A stretch of 64,000 nt of DNA from positions 88,972,001 to 89,036,000 of the forward strand of contig NC_045696.1 of the NCBI RefSeq assembly GCF_009834535.1, given 5' to 3'. The translations under genes were made by a program, and so were the position numbers. Shown in pieces: positions 38,601 through 51,679 of this stretch (its first letter is position 1; each line of letters opens with the position of its first letter). Under the pieces are notes generated by a model. That model did not search any database, was not told where the DNA came from, and worked only from the letters and a program-made list of their open reading frames with translations. The stretch comes from Camelus ferus. Its lineage: Eukaryota.

Positions 38601-41257
38601 TTTAGAAAGCCCACTCTGGCTGCAGAAGGCTGAAGATATTACCCCAGAGCTTCCCAAAGTGGCATGAATGGCCTTGAAGGAAGCCCAGATTATGAGCCTC
38701 TTAGCCTCTGGGGCAAGGGCAGAACCTGACAGCTTGTTCCCGCAGCCTCAAATGGTTGTCCCAGTGTAATGGACAAAAGCTGTCATTTCCCGGGTGTACT
38801 TTGTTGAGAGGTAGGTTGGAAAGCACCGCCTTGGAGGAGAGCAGAACTCTAGGTGGTGAGCTGGTTGGAGAGGAAATCCAACAGGGAGTCATACTGATCT
38901 GAACCTGATCAGAACCTGACTCTGCACTTGTCACTGAGGGGTTGTAGAGAGTGAGAGGGAAGCAGGAGAAAGAGACCCCTCGTCTGGGGCTACTTAGAAG
39001 GGTCATGGTGCCATTTACTGAGACGGGAACACAGGCAAAGAGCTAGTTTGCGGGGAAGGACTATGAGTGAGGATGTGTTAATAGTAAGGTGCCTGGAAAA
39101 TACCCAGGAAGAGATGTCCAGTGAGCAGGGAAGTCTGTGGCTCTGGAGCAGAGAAGGAGGTCTAGGCTGAAGCTGAAGATGTGGGAACCCTCAGCCTTTC
39201 TGTAGGAACTGAAGCTGTGACAACGATTAAGATTAGTCAAGAAAAACGTATGGAGTGAAAGGAAGATGGGGCCTGAGAAAGAAAAGGCGTGGGCATAGAA
39301 AAGGATTCCAAATGACAAGACGTGGCCAGAGTGAAGGAGGAAGCTCAAAGGATGGAGTGTCCTGAAAGCCAAAAATAGAGTCATTCTAGAAGAGAGGGGG
39401 TTAAAGCCTTTCTAGAAGGCTGGGAAGGCTAATGGTATAAAATGCTATAAAAGTTTGTGTCTGAGGGTGTAAGTAACCTCCAGCCCCTGGAATCCATTTG
39501 TATTCTCAATCTGCATGGATACTGAGAATATCTGAAAGGGGAAAAAGACCAAAAGGAAGTCCTATGTGAGTGATGTATGTGTCAGTCAGCCTTATTGTGG
39601 TAATCATGTTCACAATATATACCTATCACATCATCGCGTTGTACACTTTAAATTTACGCAGTGTTATTTGTCAATTATATCTTAATAAAACTGGGGGGAA
39701 ACAAAAACAAAAAAGAAAGAGGAAAAAGACACTGTCACTTAGGTGTTTGGAAGAGATGGAGACAAAGGAAATGGAGACCCTGAGAGGGCTGGGCAGAAGC
39801 TGTCGGGACTGGATAATGAGGGACCTCATGAGACTTTGGGGACTAAGGGATGCAGGGCTGGAGACAGGGGCCTCACTTCCATGCACTGTCAGGACCCCTG
39901 TCTCGCTGGGGCAGTATCAGGACCAGCCTCTAATGGCTTGAAGAGGCAGTGAACTCTAAGATCTTGGAGAGATGAGCAAGAGCTCTGCACGGTGTGATGT
40001 AGCTGGTTTGGATACCAATGTTTGGGAAGCGTTAGCTTACAAGAAACAGAAGACTGCCTGCATAACTGAAGAGGAGTCTGGAGCTGGCGGAAGGGAGATC
40101 CAGGAGGAGATGAGGGGAGAGGAAGGCAAAGGAGGTGGTGAGCGCTGTGTGGTGCAGTCCTCCAAACTCTGCTAAAGACCTTTCCACAGTTACATGCTTC
40201 GGGGGAAGAGATTTCTTGTGGAAACTGGAAGTGGGGTTCAGCCCTGCATTTTGGGATGAAATGGGGTGAAATAGAGATATCACCCATGGGCCAAGAGGAC
40301 TTAAAACTAAATCCATGGAAGTTTTCAGAAACCCTAGGCGAACCCCTGAGAGTTTCCCTGGGTGGAAATTGAGGGTGGGAGGTGGTTTAAAGGACTGCAC
40401 TCTCAAACTCAAGGGATGGATAAACAAACAAACAAACAGGTTTCAAGAGACGGGGTGGAGTGGGTTTTTGCACCCAGCTGACCTGTACACTGCATGTCTT
40501 CTTGGACGTAGTCGCTGGGAAGGAAGAAAGGCTCTGGGAGAAGAGAACATTACACATTATCTGTTTTTGAGGAGAATGTGATAAATAGGGAGTTGCATTA
40601 CTTTTGTGAATATTTTTAGAAAGCAGATTTATTTCCTGCTTTAGCCTTCAACTGTTTCAAGAGCCTAGAGATTATTTTCTCACTTGAAAAGGGAAAAAGG
40701 ATAAAACAGCTTTACTGTAAAGATGAAACTGCAATAAAATTTACCTTTACTGTGTTGATACTCAACAGATGAATATGATCACTTGCAAGTGTGTATTTGA
40801 ACTTGAACTGAACTAACTTGTCTGGTAGCAAATCTATTTTAACAAGCCTCTGCTGGAAACCTGTGGTGAGTGCAGCCGTGTGGGCACACAGACCGCCCTG
40901 CTTGTTGGTGGTTTCATCCCACAGCCCAGGTGCGGCTCATCTGTACACGGTCAGGGCTGGCTGCTGACAAAGATGTTCAAAACTATCAACATAGTTCTAA
41001 GTCCAGACAGCGTACACAAATCCAGTTCAAGCTGGGATGAATGCTGACTTGGCTCTTCGTATTTCCAACTCCTTCAAATTGAGGTTCTCCAAGTTGTCTG
41101 CTAAGTAACATTTGTTTCATGACATGTTGAGTTCCTTTATCAGAAGTCCAGATAATGTCTCATTCATAGAGTAAATAGCCTTCTTTCAAGAATCGCTGTG
41201 ATTTCTGTTGCATTTGTAGGATGTATTTCATGTACATGGATTTTAAAAAATCAACAT

Positions 41258-41349
41258 GGGGGTGGGAAATAGCTCAGTGGTAGAGTGCATGCTTAGCGTG
41301 CACGAGGTCCTGGGTTCATTCCCCAGTACCTCCATTTAAAAAAAAAAAT
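41258..41349 (+). mobile_element. Vic-1-like tRNA-derived SINE
   Basis: atagctcagtggtagagtgcatgcttagc...gggttcattccccagtacctcc; TSD AAAAAATCAACAT. Confidence 0.9.
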
Positions 41350-41739
41350 CAACATAATTCTGGCTAAGAAGGCACACATGGAAGAATGCTGAGGATTTTC
41401 TGGAAAAGCTTTCCTTTCCTGATAAAAGGAACAACAATGGCTGGCACCATCCCTTCTTCCCGTCCTTCTTTTCTAAGTGGCAGGCAGATGTTATGTCTGA
41501 ACCGAGCCCCTTCCTGCTGCTGTGAGGGAAAGGCTGAGAGACCCGCAAGGGTGCTGGTACTGATATCACTGATCTGCTGAACAAACAAAGGGGATGTGCA
41601 CTTACCTCTAGGTTTCTTGTTCTGTGAGAAAATGAAACCCTTATTTGTCTAACTCTTGTTAATCCTTACTTTGGAGCTGATTTTCTGTTACTTGCAACCA
41701 ATCCTGATTTATTTAGAGTCACATCTGGGTGTCATGGGA

Positions 41740-42735
41740 CTATATCAAACTAAAAAGCTTTTGCACAGGGAAGGAAATGATCAACAAAATGAAAAGGCAG
41801 CTTACTGAGTGGGAGAAGATATTTGCAAACAATATATCTGATAAGGGGGCAATAGGGTAATATCCAAAATATAAACAGAAAGCATACAACTTAACATAAA
41901 AAAAACCAGTCCAATTAAAAAATGGGCAGAGGATCTGAATAAAACACTTTTTCCAAAGAAGACATACAAATGACCAGCAGGCAGATGAAAAGATGATCAC
42001 ATCACTAATCTTTAGGGAAATGCAAACCAAAACCACAATGAAATACCACCTCACACCTGACAGAGTGGCTGTCATCAAAAAGACCACAAATAACAAATGT
42101 TGGCAAGGATGTGGAGAAAAGGGAACCCTTGTGTACTGTTGGTGGGAATATAAATTGGTGCCCCCATTGGGGGAAAGAGTATGGAGAATCCTCAGAAAGT
42201 TAAAAATAGAACTGTCATATGATCCAGCAATTCTACTCCTGGCTATTATCAGTAGAAAATGAAAACACTAATTGGAAAAGATATAAGCACCCCTATGTTC
42301 ATTGCAGAATTATTTACAACAGCTAAGTTATGGAAGCAACCCAAGTGCCCATCAATAGATGAATGGATGAAGATGTGGTGTGTATACAATTGGAATATTA
42401 TTCAGCCATTAAATAGAATGAAATCTTGCCATTTGTGACAACTTGGATGGACCTAGAGGGTATTATGCCAAGTGAAATAAGTCAGACAGAGAATAACAAA
42501 TGCTGTATGATTTCACTAGCATGTGGAATCTAAAAAACAAAACAAATTAACAAACATAACAAAACAGAAACAGAGAACAAATAGGTGGTTGCCAGAGGGT
42601 AGAGGGATGGGAGGAGGGGAGTGGAACCAAACAGGTGAGAGGCACCAAGAGTTACAAACTTCCAATTGCAAAACAAATGAGTTATGGATATGAAATGTAC
42701 AACATAGGGAGTATTGTCAATAACTACATAATATC
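41740..42735 (+). mobile_element. L1 3' fragment (ORF2 end and 3' UTR)
   Basis: [48 protein letters not shown]1 ORF2 C-terminal region. Confidence 0.93.
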
Positions 42736-45199
42736 AAAACAAAGTGAAGTGGAAAAGATTTTGCTGAGAAAATATTTAGAAAAGTTATAATAACATTTGA
42801 GAAAATTTGAAATATTCTGGACTGTTACAATCAGAGCTAGGAACTGTTTCAGTAGGTAATTTTTTTCCTGCAGTATCTATCTTGTCAATTGCAAATGATA
42901 TGTAATTCTTCATAATCCAAGATCACTAGAGTTATAAAAATAATCCTGCCAATCATGTCTGACTTATGTAGCTGAACATTCTTTAGCTGAATAATTTTAA
43001 ATAATAGAAAGAGTCCCAGTTTTATGAAACACAGATCCCTGTGTTGTCGGAATGCCATCAAAAAAATCGTTGGTAACTGGCGACTAATCTGGCATACCAA
43101 CTTTTGTCAGTCCTGTAGCTGGACAGAGCAGACAATGAACAGGAATCCAGAAGTTGTGAGTAAATATGAAGCCCTAATAACCACTAGGAACCAGAAGCAT
43201 CGAACTGTAGTCAAACAATACATGTGCGTTTCATGGTGTTGACAGCTATGTAATTGTTACTGGAAAGAAAATATTATCTTTGTAAATGCACAACTCATTT
43301 TTGGTTGCTATCAATTTGGTGCGGGATGAAAAACACAGTGTCGCTTCAGTGGACACCAGAATTGCAATTAGAAAAACGTTTTATTATTCATTCTAGGAAA
43401 AATAACTTGATCCTGTGAGTATGAAAGTCAGAAGCGTATCTAATAAGAAGCGGCTAAGTTGCTCCACGTGGGAACGTGAGCAGACTGTTCGGCTGCTGGG
43501 ACAGACCTGTCAGAAGAGAGGTCCAGCGAAAGGGCGGGGGTTGGGTAGGAGAAGTGATGGCCGTGTGTGGTGAACAGCGGCTGTATGCTGAAGCCGTCAC
43601 AAGCTGGGACCCATCTCTGCCAACATTGTCCCACTGTAACAAACATCTTTTTGTTTAAGAGTAATAGATCTCCAATTGCTTCATTGACAGGTGGTGGGGA
43701 TTGGGATCTTTGTTTTCAACGTGATATAGCTGGTAATTTGAACAAGAACATATCCACGACATAGCAACATTAATTCTGTTCTTTGACGGTCCCTTTAAAA
43801 TGTACTCAATGGGGTAAATTCTTCCCCTGCTCCTGGATGAAAATGCCAGCAGACTTGACACTTCTGGTCACTGTTGGGTGACACACAAAGTCCTGAGGCT
43901 TCTTTAAATTGCAAAATTCAGTCTCATTTCAGAGATGAGACCCATTGTCTAAGCTTCTAACTTGACTTGAAACTCTAGCTGCTCCCTCTTCCTCAGAGGC
44001 TGTCCTGGCTGACTCTTCTCTCATGGGGGCTCTTCTGCAGCTCTTTGGAGACTCTGAGGTTCTTTCATGAGTTCTCTGGAGTCTGTCCCTGGGGATGTCT
44101 CACCCGAGTTCCTCTGAGCCAGTGGATGTGCTCCCCTCAGCTCCTCGTCCACACTTCCTGCAGCCTGCAGGAGGGCCGGGACACTTCCTACTTCTCTGCT
44201 GAAGCCTGCTTACCTGTCTGGTTGGTGCATCTGGGCGGGGCCTGAAGGAGCCCCACACCAGCTCTTCTGATCCTTGGGGCTCATTCATGTTTCCTCAGCA
44301 CCCACCAACTCCGGGAGCGCAGCCAGTCTCCAAGTAGTAAAACTCTCCTTCGTTCTGGCTGTCACCTCTTAGATTTCCTGGGGATTTAGTAAATGCCAGC
44401 CCACTCCGTCACTCCCACACCAGGCAGACGGACCCGAGCCCTCTCTCTAGGCTTGAGGTGAGAGGCAGATGCTGCGGGAGAGAGGCAGGTCTCAAAGTGC
44501 CCTCAGAAGCCCCACAAAGGGAATCCTCCTCACAAATCCTCTTCCCAACGCTTGCACACCTTCCCTGAAGATGAGAAGTAAAGATTCCAAGCCCCTACAG
44601 GCCATAACTTCCCTAGCGTGGTCGGCCTCACAGTTCAGCATTTGTCATCTTCTATCTTGAAGCCGCAAGTGAAATGGCTAATACAAAAGCTCTCTGAGGA
44701 AAAGTAATTTATTTGGCCTGAAGAGGAGGAAATTGGTCAGATTCTAAGATTTGGACCTAATCCCATAGTAGCTGGCTACAAATAGACATAATTATGTAGC
44801 TTTCATAGTGGTGTGGAGCTTAGTCTAGCTGTGGAAAAGAAAAAAGTTTTTTCTGGACTTGAGATCTGAGAGAAACTTGTCTCAGAGACATACTGATTAA
44901 TTATTTTTATCATGATTCTTTGACAGATGGAAAACAACGAGATGAAAACCATTCTTAACCACACAATGACATGTATTATTCTCTGATCATGTGAAGTGGC
45001 CCTTGGAGAGGGCGTCAGCAAGTTTAAGTGGGGCCTTGAATGTGCTGTGTTCTCTCGGACGAGGCACCTTTCCTTTGGGCCTGTGTTCACTCTTCTGAAA
45101 GTGGGGAGATGACTCTCCATCCAGTTTTCTGTGAGTCTGTGAAGCTGTAAACTCTGTGTAAGTGACAACTACAACCTTTGGAGGTCTTACTAGGAAGGT

Positions 45200-45650
45200 G
45201 TCATGGGTTAAACGGTGATACCGCCAAGTTATGGCCACACCTTGGCCCCCAGAACCTGTGAATGTCACTGTACTGGACAAGGGTCTTTGTAGATAGAATT
45301 AAGAATCTCGGAAAAAGAAAATAAAAATAATCTTAAGACGAGATCATTCTGGATTACCCATGTTGACCTTAAATCCAATGACAAGTGTCTTTATACAAGC
45401 AGAAAAGGAAAAGGCCGATGTGAAGCAGAGGCTGAGACTGGAGTCATGCAGCCACCGGGCCAGGAACGCCTGGAGCCACCAGAACTGGAAGAGCTGAGGA
45501 CAGATTTTACCGGGAACGTTCAGAGGAAGCACATCCCTGCTAACACCTTGATTTTGGACTTTGGCCTCCAAAACTGCGAGAGAATAAATTTCTTTTTTCA
45601 GCTCACTGAATTCATGTTGATTTGTGCCAGCGGCCCATAGAAAGCAACAC
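45200..45650 (+). mobile_element. MaLR (MLT1-type) LTR
   Basis: ccccagaacctgtgaatgtcac...gagatcattctggattaccc...caccttgattttggactt...ggaaagcaacac-like end. Confidence 0.85.
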
Positions 45651-47629
45651 AGAAGGTGAGGAAGAAAATGAAAGTGTAGCGCCTGGTGTGAAGGGCGCCT
45701 GCGCTGGGGCCAGAGAGCCACGCCAGGAGCCCGCGGAAGCTGTCTAAACTCGCTGGCATTTAGTTCCCTTCTTTGCAAAACTAGGATGCAGATAGAGACA
45801 ATGTTTGGTTTTTTAACACTTCATTTAAACGTTTTAAAAATAGTAACCAACACAGAGAATGTGAGGATTAAGTGAAATAGTGAACTAGCCAGTGCAGTTC
45901 CTGGTTCATAGTAAGTGCTCAGTAAGTGTTTGCTGTGGGGGGACATGGTGGGCCCCCAACATTCTGGTAAAAAAAAAACTTTTTGGTAAAAAAAAGAATT
46001 TCCCAAAGACAAAGTTTAAGAGACAAAGAAAAGTTTACTAGATATGCTGCTATAGGCAACAGCGGCCACACAGACGGAGGTGCCTGTGTGAGCCCCGAGG
46101 GTGGACGTGCAGGGTCCTTTACTGAGGAAGGGGCTGTGCACAGCGGGAGAGGGGGACGGGTTTCTGATTGGGTACGAGTGAGGTCAAGGGCTTGGGGTAT
46201 GGCAAGGTGGTGTGGTTTACGACTCTAATAAGGAGGAAACGTGGGCTGAGACAAGTCAGCCTGAACTAGTGTGAGGTTAGCCATTTCCCAGGACCGTTAA
46301 TTGTGCTGCGGCAAACGCACATCAGGGAAGGATGCACTTTGTCTTCTGAAGAGGAGCAGGCGGATGCCTATGGGCTGGAAGTTTGGGGATTGCGGGTCCT
46401 CGGCAGGAACCAGTCAGCACTGCATTGGCCATTGTAATTAAGGTTGTCTTATATGTGAGATGACAATCTCTTCCTCTTTGGAATGCTGTCTCTAAACTTA
46501 TTTGGTATTTATTCATATATTGCTAGAATAATCTCAAAAATGACACAGAGTACGAGAAAAATCAGACCATATGCTTCCGGCTCCAAATCTGCCTAAATGT
46601 GTTTTTTAAAAAAAGCAAATTCTGGTTATTGTGATTATTAAGAGCATCCTGAAAAGGAAAGGAAAGTAACTGTATATTACCATCCACATAAACTATTTCA
46701 GGGCCTTAGTGCACACATGTATCTGGCATTTGCCATTTTCAATATACAGGATGACATGTACAGTCACATGGCAAGTACGAGGGTCTTTGATACTAGAAAT
46801 GCTCTAGTTTTTCTCCTTTAGAAGAGAATGGGGCAGGGTCTCAGCAGAGAATTTAAACAACAGAGGTGTTTTATCCCCCTGTCTCCAAAACTTGAAAGTT
46901 AAATGTTTCTTGATTTTTCAGCTATGATGTGATGCCAGCCAGGGTTGGGAAGACATTAACCGACCCCAGACTTGTCTTCCTTGATGCAAATCCAACCATT
47001 CTGAATGTAGGGGACAGAGACCATAACCTGAAAAGGCGGTATAGTACAGATACGACCAATAAGGATCTAACTGTGAGGTGGGTAGGCACTGATTTCTATC
47101 TACTATAGAAACCCTTCTATGGACCTCAGAACAGTTGAAGGTCACCTATGTGTAGCTCCAACTACCTGATCACCAGTCACCAGCAATCTGGGGAATTCCA
47201 CGGCTTCAGATCTGGGCTCCTTTTTCCAGTTTGATGCAATCACTCTAACCACAGTTTATCTGATATTACATTTAACTGTACAATAGATGAGTTTCTGCTC
47301 ACTTAGATAAGCAACTTGAGTACAGAATCTGTGTTCTTTTTATCTTTCATGCTGTGCATTTATTAGGCAAAAAACAAATATTAGTTTGATGAAATAAATG
47401 AGAGAATTGTACAAAACTGTATTAAAATCAAAATTCTGTGAATGATTTATAAGAAAATACTCAAAATTCAAAATTTTTGGATAATTAAAATAACTGATGA
47501 TGGCATGACAATTACAAACAGAATGTCTTAAGAGAATTGAATATTAAGTGCCTCAATTAGGAGATCTCCAAATTTATTTCAGGTTATCGTCATCTATAAA
47601 ATTAAGCCTTAAACAAAAACTTGTGGCAT

Positions 47630-48562
47630 ATGATCCAGCAATTCCACTTCTGTTTATTTATCTGAAGGAAATGAAAAAACTGTCCTGAAGAGATATCTGC
47701 ACCTCCGTGTTCATTGCAGCACTGTTTATGATAGCCAAGACATGGAAGAAACCTGAGTCCATTGATGGACAAATGATAAAGTTGTGAGATATATATATGC
47801 CACTAACTTTTTTTTTCCTAGGAAGCAGGGTAACCACTAGTTTTTTAAAAATTAAGATATAATTGACATATGTTTGTTTCAGGTGTACAACTTAATGATT
47901 TGATATTTGTATATATTGCAAAGTGATCACCACAATAAGTCTAGTTAACATCCATTACCACACAGTTACAATTTTTTTCTTGTTAAAAGAACTTTTAAGA
48001 TCTACTCCCTTAGCACCTATATATATATGCAATGTAATATTACTCAGCCATAAAAAGAAGGAAATCTGGAAATCTGACCATCTGTGACAATATGGATAGA
48101 CCTTAATGGCATTATGCTTAGTGACAGAGAAAGATACCGAAAGATCTGTTATGTATGGAATCTATCTCCACAAAAGAAAACCCCCACAACCCCCTCCTGC
48201 CCCCCAAAACACACCAAACTCATAAAGACTAGATTGGTGGTTTGTTGCCAGAGGCAATGGGGTGAGGAGTGGTTGAAATGGGTGAAGGTGTCAAAAGGTA
48301 CAAACATCCAGCTATAAAATAAACAAGTCATGGGAATGAAATGTACAGCATGATAGAGTGAATAATACTGTATTACATATTTGAAAGGGGCTAAGGGAGT
48401 AGATCTTAAAAGTTCTTTTCACAAGAAAAAAATTGTTAACTGTGTGGTAATGGATGTTAACTAGACTTATCGTGGTGATCACTTTGCAATATATACAAAT
48501 ATCAAATCATTAAGTTGTACACCTGAAACAAACCTATGTCAATTATATCTTAATTAAAAAAA
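47630..48562 (+). mobile_element. L1M 3' fragment interrupted by an inverted copy of its own 3' end
   Basis: catatgatccagcaattccacttctg...tgttcattgcagcactgttt...gttgtacacctgaaac...aattatatcttaattaaaaaaa. Confidence 0.85.
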
Positions 48563-48600
48563 GAAACTAGTGGTTACCCCCCCCCAAAAAAAAGTTAGTG
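47801..48600. repeat. ~215-bp inverted repeat (arms 47801-48018 and 48386-48600)
   Basis: Arms are near-identical reverse complements; the left arm is flanked by the direct repeat ATATATATATGC. Confidence 0.92.
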
Positions 48601-48624
48601 GAATTTGAAGTAAAATGAATTTTT

Positions 48625-49040
48625 AAAAAATTGAAGTAGTTGATTTACAATGTTGTGTTAGTTTCTGGTGCACAGCAAAGTGATTCAGTTATACATATAT
48701 ATATATATTCTTTTTCAGGTTCTTTTTCATTATAGTTTATTGCAAGATACTGAATGTAGTTTCCTGTGCTATATAGTAGGATTTTGTTGTCTATTTTATA
48801 TATAGTTTGTATCTACTAATCCCAAATCCCTAATTTATCCCTTCCCCTCTCTTTCCCCCTTTAGTAACCATAAGTTTGTTTTCTCTGTTTGAGTCTGTTT
48901 CTGTTTTGTAAATAGGTTCATTTGTATCATATTTTTAGATTCCACATATAAGTGACATGATATTTGTCTTTCTCTGTTTGATTTACTTCACTTAGTATGA
49001 TAATCTCTAGGTCCATCTATGTTGCTGCAAATGGCTTTAT
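48625..49040 (-). mobile_element. L1 3' end (5'-truncated)
   Basis: aaattgaagtagttgatttacaatgttgtg...aggtccatctatgttgctgcaaatggc; TGAA(G/A)TAAAATGA duplicated at the flanks. Confidence 0.88.
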
Positions 49041-51679
49041 GAAATAAAATGATTCTTAATGATAGTAAGTACAAGAGAAACTGTTAGGAGGAAAACTACT
49101 ATTGAACAAAAGACATCCTTTTAGTTTTCTAAGTTGCATTCAGAGATAAGCTGAAAAGGACTGTGTGAAAATAAATTCTATATAATATATTCTAGTGCTT
49201 AAAACCGTATAGTTTATATATTTTTAGGTACTAATATCAAATTTGGGCTCAAACTCAGTTTAAGGCAATGCCATCATGGTTAGTAGGTTCTTCTCTTCTG
49301 AAGATGAGGTTTTTTTTTTTTTTTCTTCTAGATTGCTCTAAGATCTCTTCCAATTCCAAATCTCTGAGTCTGAATTCTACTGCATCATGCTGAGTGCTTC
49401 CCTCCTGCCCCACCCCCTGCCCCACCTCAGATAAAAGGACCTTCGAGAACTGTTGGGTAAATTCTCCTAGCTCACTGTCCTTAATTCACTGCCACTATAA
49501 TCATGGCACCCATGTGGCTGTGCTTTCTTTGAAGTCCTGGAGATGAACCACAGATGCCTTATAATTTGGAAAATTGCATGTTCTCTTTACTATAATTCTG
49601 ATGAGGCCAATGTGATGGGAGATAACAGAGAATTATTTAAACTCAGTAGCTATTAAAACCCCAAATCAGAAAATGTTTTAGCTTGCCTAGAGGGCACCTC
49701 TCTGTGACTGAGGCCTCCTGTTTTGGCTCTTGAGACAGAGAATGTCTAAGCAGGGAGTCTGAGCACCAAAATTCATATTTTATTGCCTCCTCTTCATATC
49801 ACTTGTAAATAACTGCAAATATTTACATTTTATCCTTTTCCTAAATTCTTTCAAAAGGAGATTGGTGCAAGTATGTAGGTAGAGACCCAAAGCAGCTGAA
49901 CTTTCTCTCCATCTTTTTTTTGGGTAACTGAGCAGCTTAGCACCTCTGATTTTTATGCTTATGGATTTTAAGCAAATACTTCTGCATCTGAGTGTCACTT
50001 CTTCTGTCTGGTCTTTCCAGGCCAACGTGATCTTCTGCAGAGCGCATGAATCGCAGTCCCCATGGCCCAGTAGGTCCCCTTGACTGCTGCTGCTGAGGCT
50101 GCCGTGGTTTCTGCAGGCTCCTGTAGCTCTCTGCCACTTCCCCGTCAGGCCAGGTTACAGAGATCTTTGGCAGCGTTGGGAACCAAAGGGCCTCTAAAGC
50201 AGTCTCCCTGTAGGAACAGATGTCGCCCTTCCTTTCAGGTGCCACTGCTTCCCTCTGCTGATGCTTGTCTATTTGGGAGCTAACAGACTTCTCTTTCTGC
50301 TTCTCCCAAACATTCAGCCTCTTCTCTTAATTGTTCTGTACCTCAATGGATTGAGGCTTTTTTGGAAAACAAACGCCAGTTAAGTTTAGTAAGAGGTACT
50401 CCTGCTTTCTTGCTACATACAAAACTCTTTTTAAGGGAAGGAAGTTCAGAGGAAAAACACAGGTGGAAAGTAATTATTGCTCAAAGCATTATACAGACCT
50501 GTGAATTCATTCTAGAGGTAATTACACTTAAAATTTTTAAAAATTATTAAGACTTTATTTTATTTAGGTTCACAGCAAAACTGAGGGGAAGGTACAGAGA
50601 TTTCCCATGTATTTCCTGCCCTGCCCTCATGATAGTCTCCCACATCATCAACATTCCCCACTGGAGTATGGTACATTTGTTACAAGTGGTGAACCCACAT
50701 GGACCCATCATAATCACTCAAGTCCCTAGTTAACATCACTGTTACACTTTTTTAAACAGAGAATAATTTTATAGAAATATGCTGCATTTATGGCTATGGA
50801 AGGATATTCACAACATACTGTTTTGACAGGAAGTTAAAAAACTATCAGGATGGTTTCAATGTTTAAATAGAAAAATCTATGTGTACGATAAAGTCGAAAT
50901 GGATATATTGCACCGTGTAACAGAGGATATTTTGGATATCTCTGGAATCCACACATTATAAGCAAACTTTTCAGTAGTTGAATTGGTGAAGCCATCTGAA
51001 ATTGACTCAGGACTCACTGATGTTAACCTTAATTTGGTTTATACCGTTTCATATTTTTCTGTAATTTACATGCCTAAGACCTGAAAGTACTGGCAATACA
51101 CAGTATACCCAGGCTCATAGTTTTATTTAGCACAGCGGTAAATGCCTTCTAACTGCAGGAAAGAGAAGGAAGCTGTGAAGAGACTGTCTCTTGAGATACG
51201 GCTGGATAGTTTTTCAAGAAAAAAGAGGGAAAAGGATTACTGAACTGTATGTTTTCTTATTTCTAGGGGTTAAGAAGATGAAATAGGAACTTAGTGGAGA
51301 AACTGATTGGAAGCCAGAATTCTGTGCAACAGTCATGTTCAGGCAACAGCTTCATAAAGTGGAAAGAGGGACGGGGGCGGGAGGAAGAGTAGGGAGAGAC
51401 GCAGGGTGACCGTCCCAAATGAGTCCTAAGGTTCCACCAGCCCTCCCAGGGTTCTCTTTAAGTACAAGAGAATTCTCAGTAATCAGAAGCCCCCTCCTCC
51501 TGTGCTCAACCTGGTAGTCTGGTGGGTTTCTGTCTCCAGATTCTGTAATCAAAGGGAAACCCGGGCTCAGGGGAGAACGGCGATCACCCACTGGGATGCG
51601 AGTGTTGTCAGAGCATCTCGGAGCGGGGAACCCATGAGGTTAGAGTGGAAGGTGCTGCGCTTTAAAGCCTAGAATCAGG

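Larger units (their letters stand above)
36475..47145 (-). pseudogene. Candidate decayed gene A, ZU5/UPA- and death-domain-like protein
   Basis: Exon-like blocks with acceptors at 47145, 44828, 43870, 43259, 41204 and 37380. Stop- and frameshift-interrupted peptides resemble ZU5 and death domains by eye. Confidence 0.55.

Noticed and set aside
42790..43870. Endogenous viral element as the explanation for the coding-like blocks
   Set aside because: No viral motif recognised, and the blocks begin at spliceosomal acceptors, favouring a cellular gene; not formally excluded without a search.
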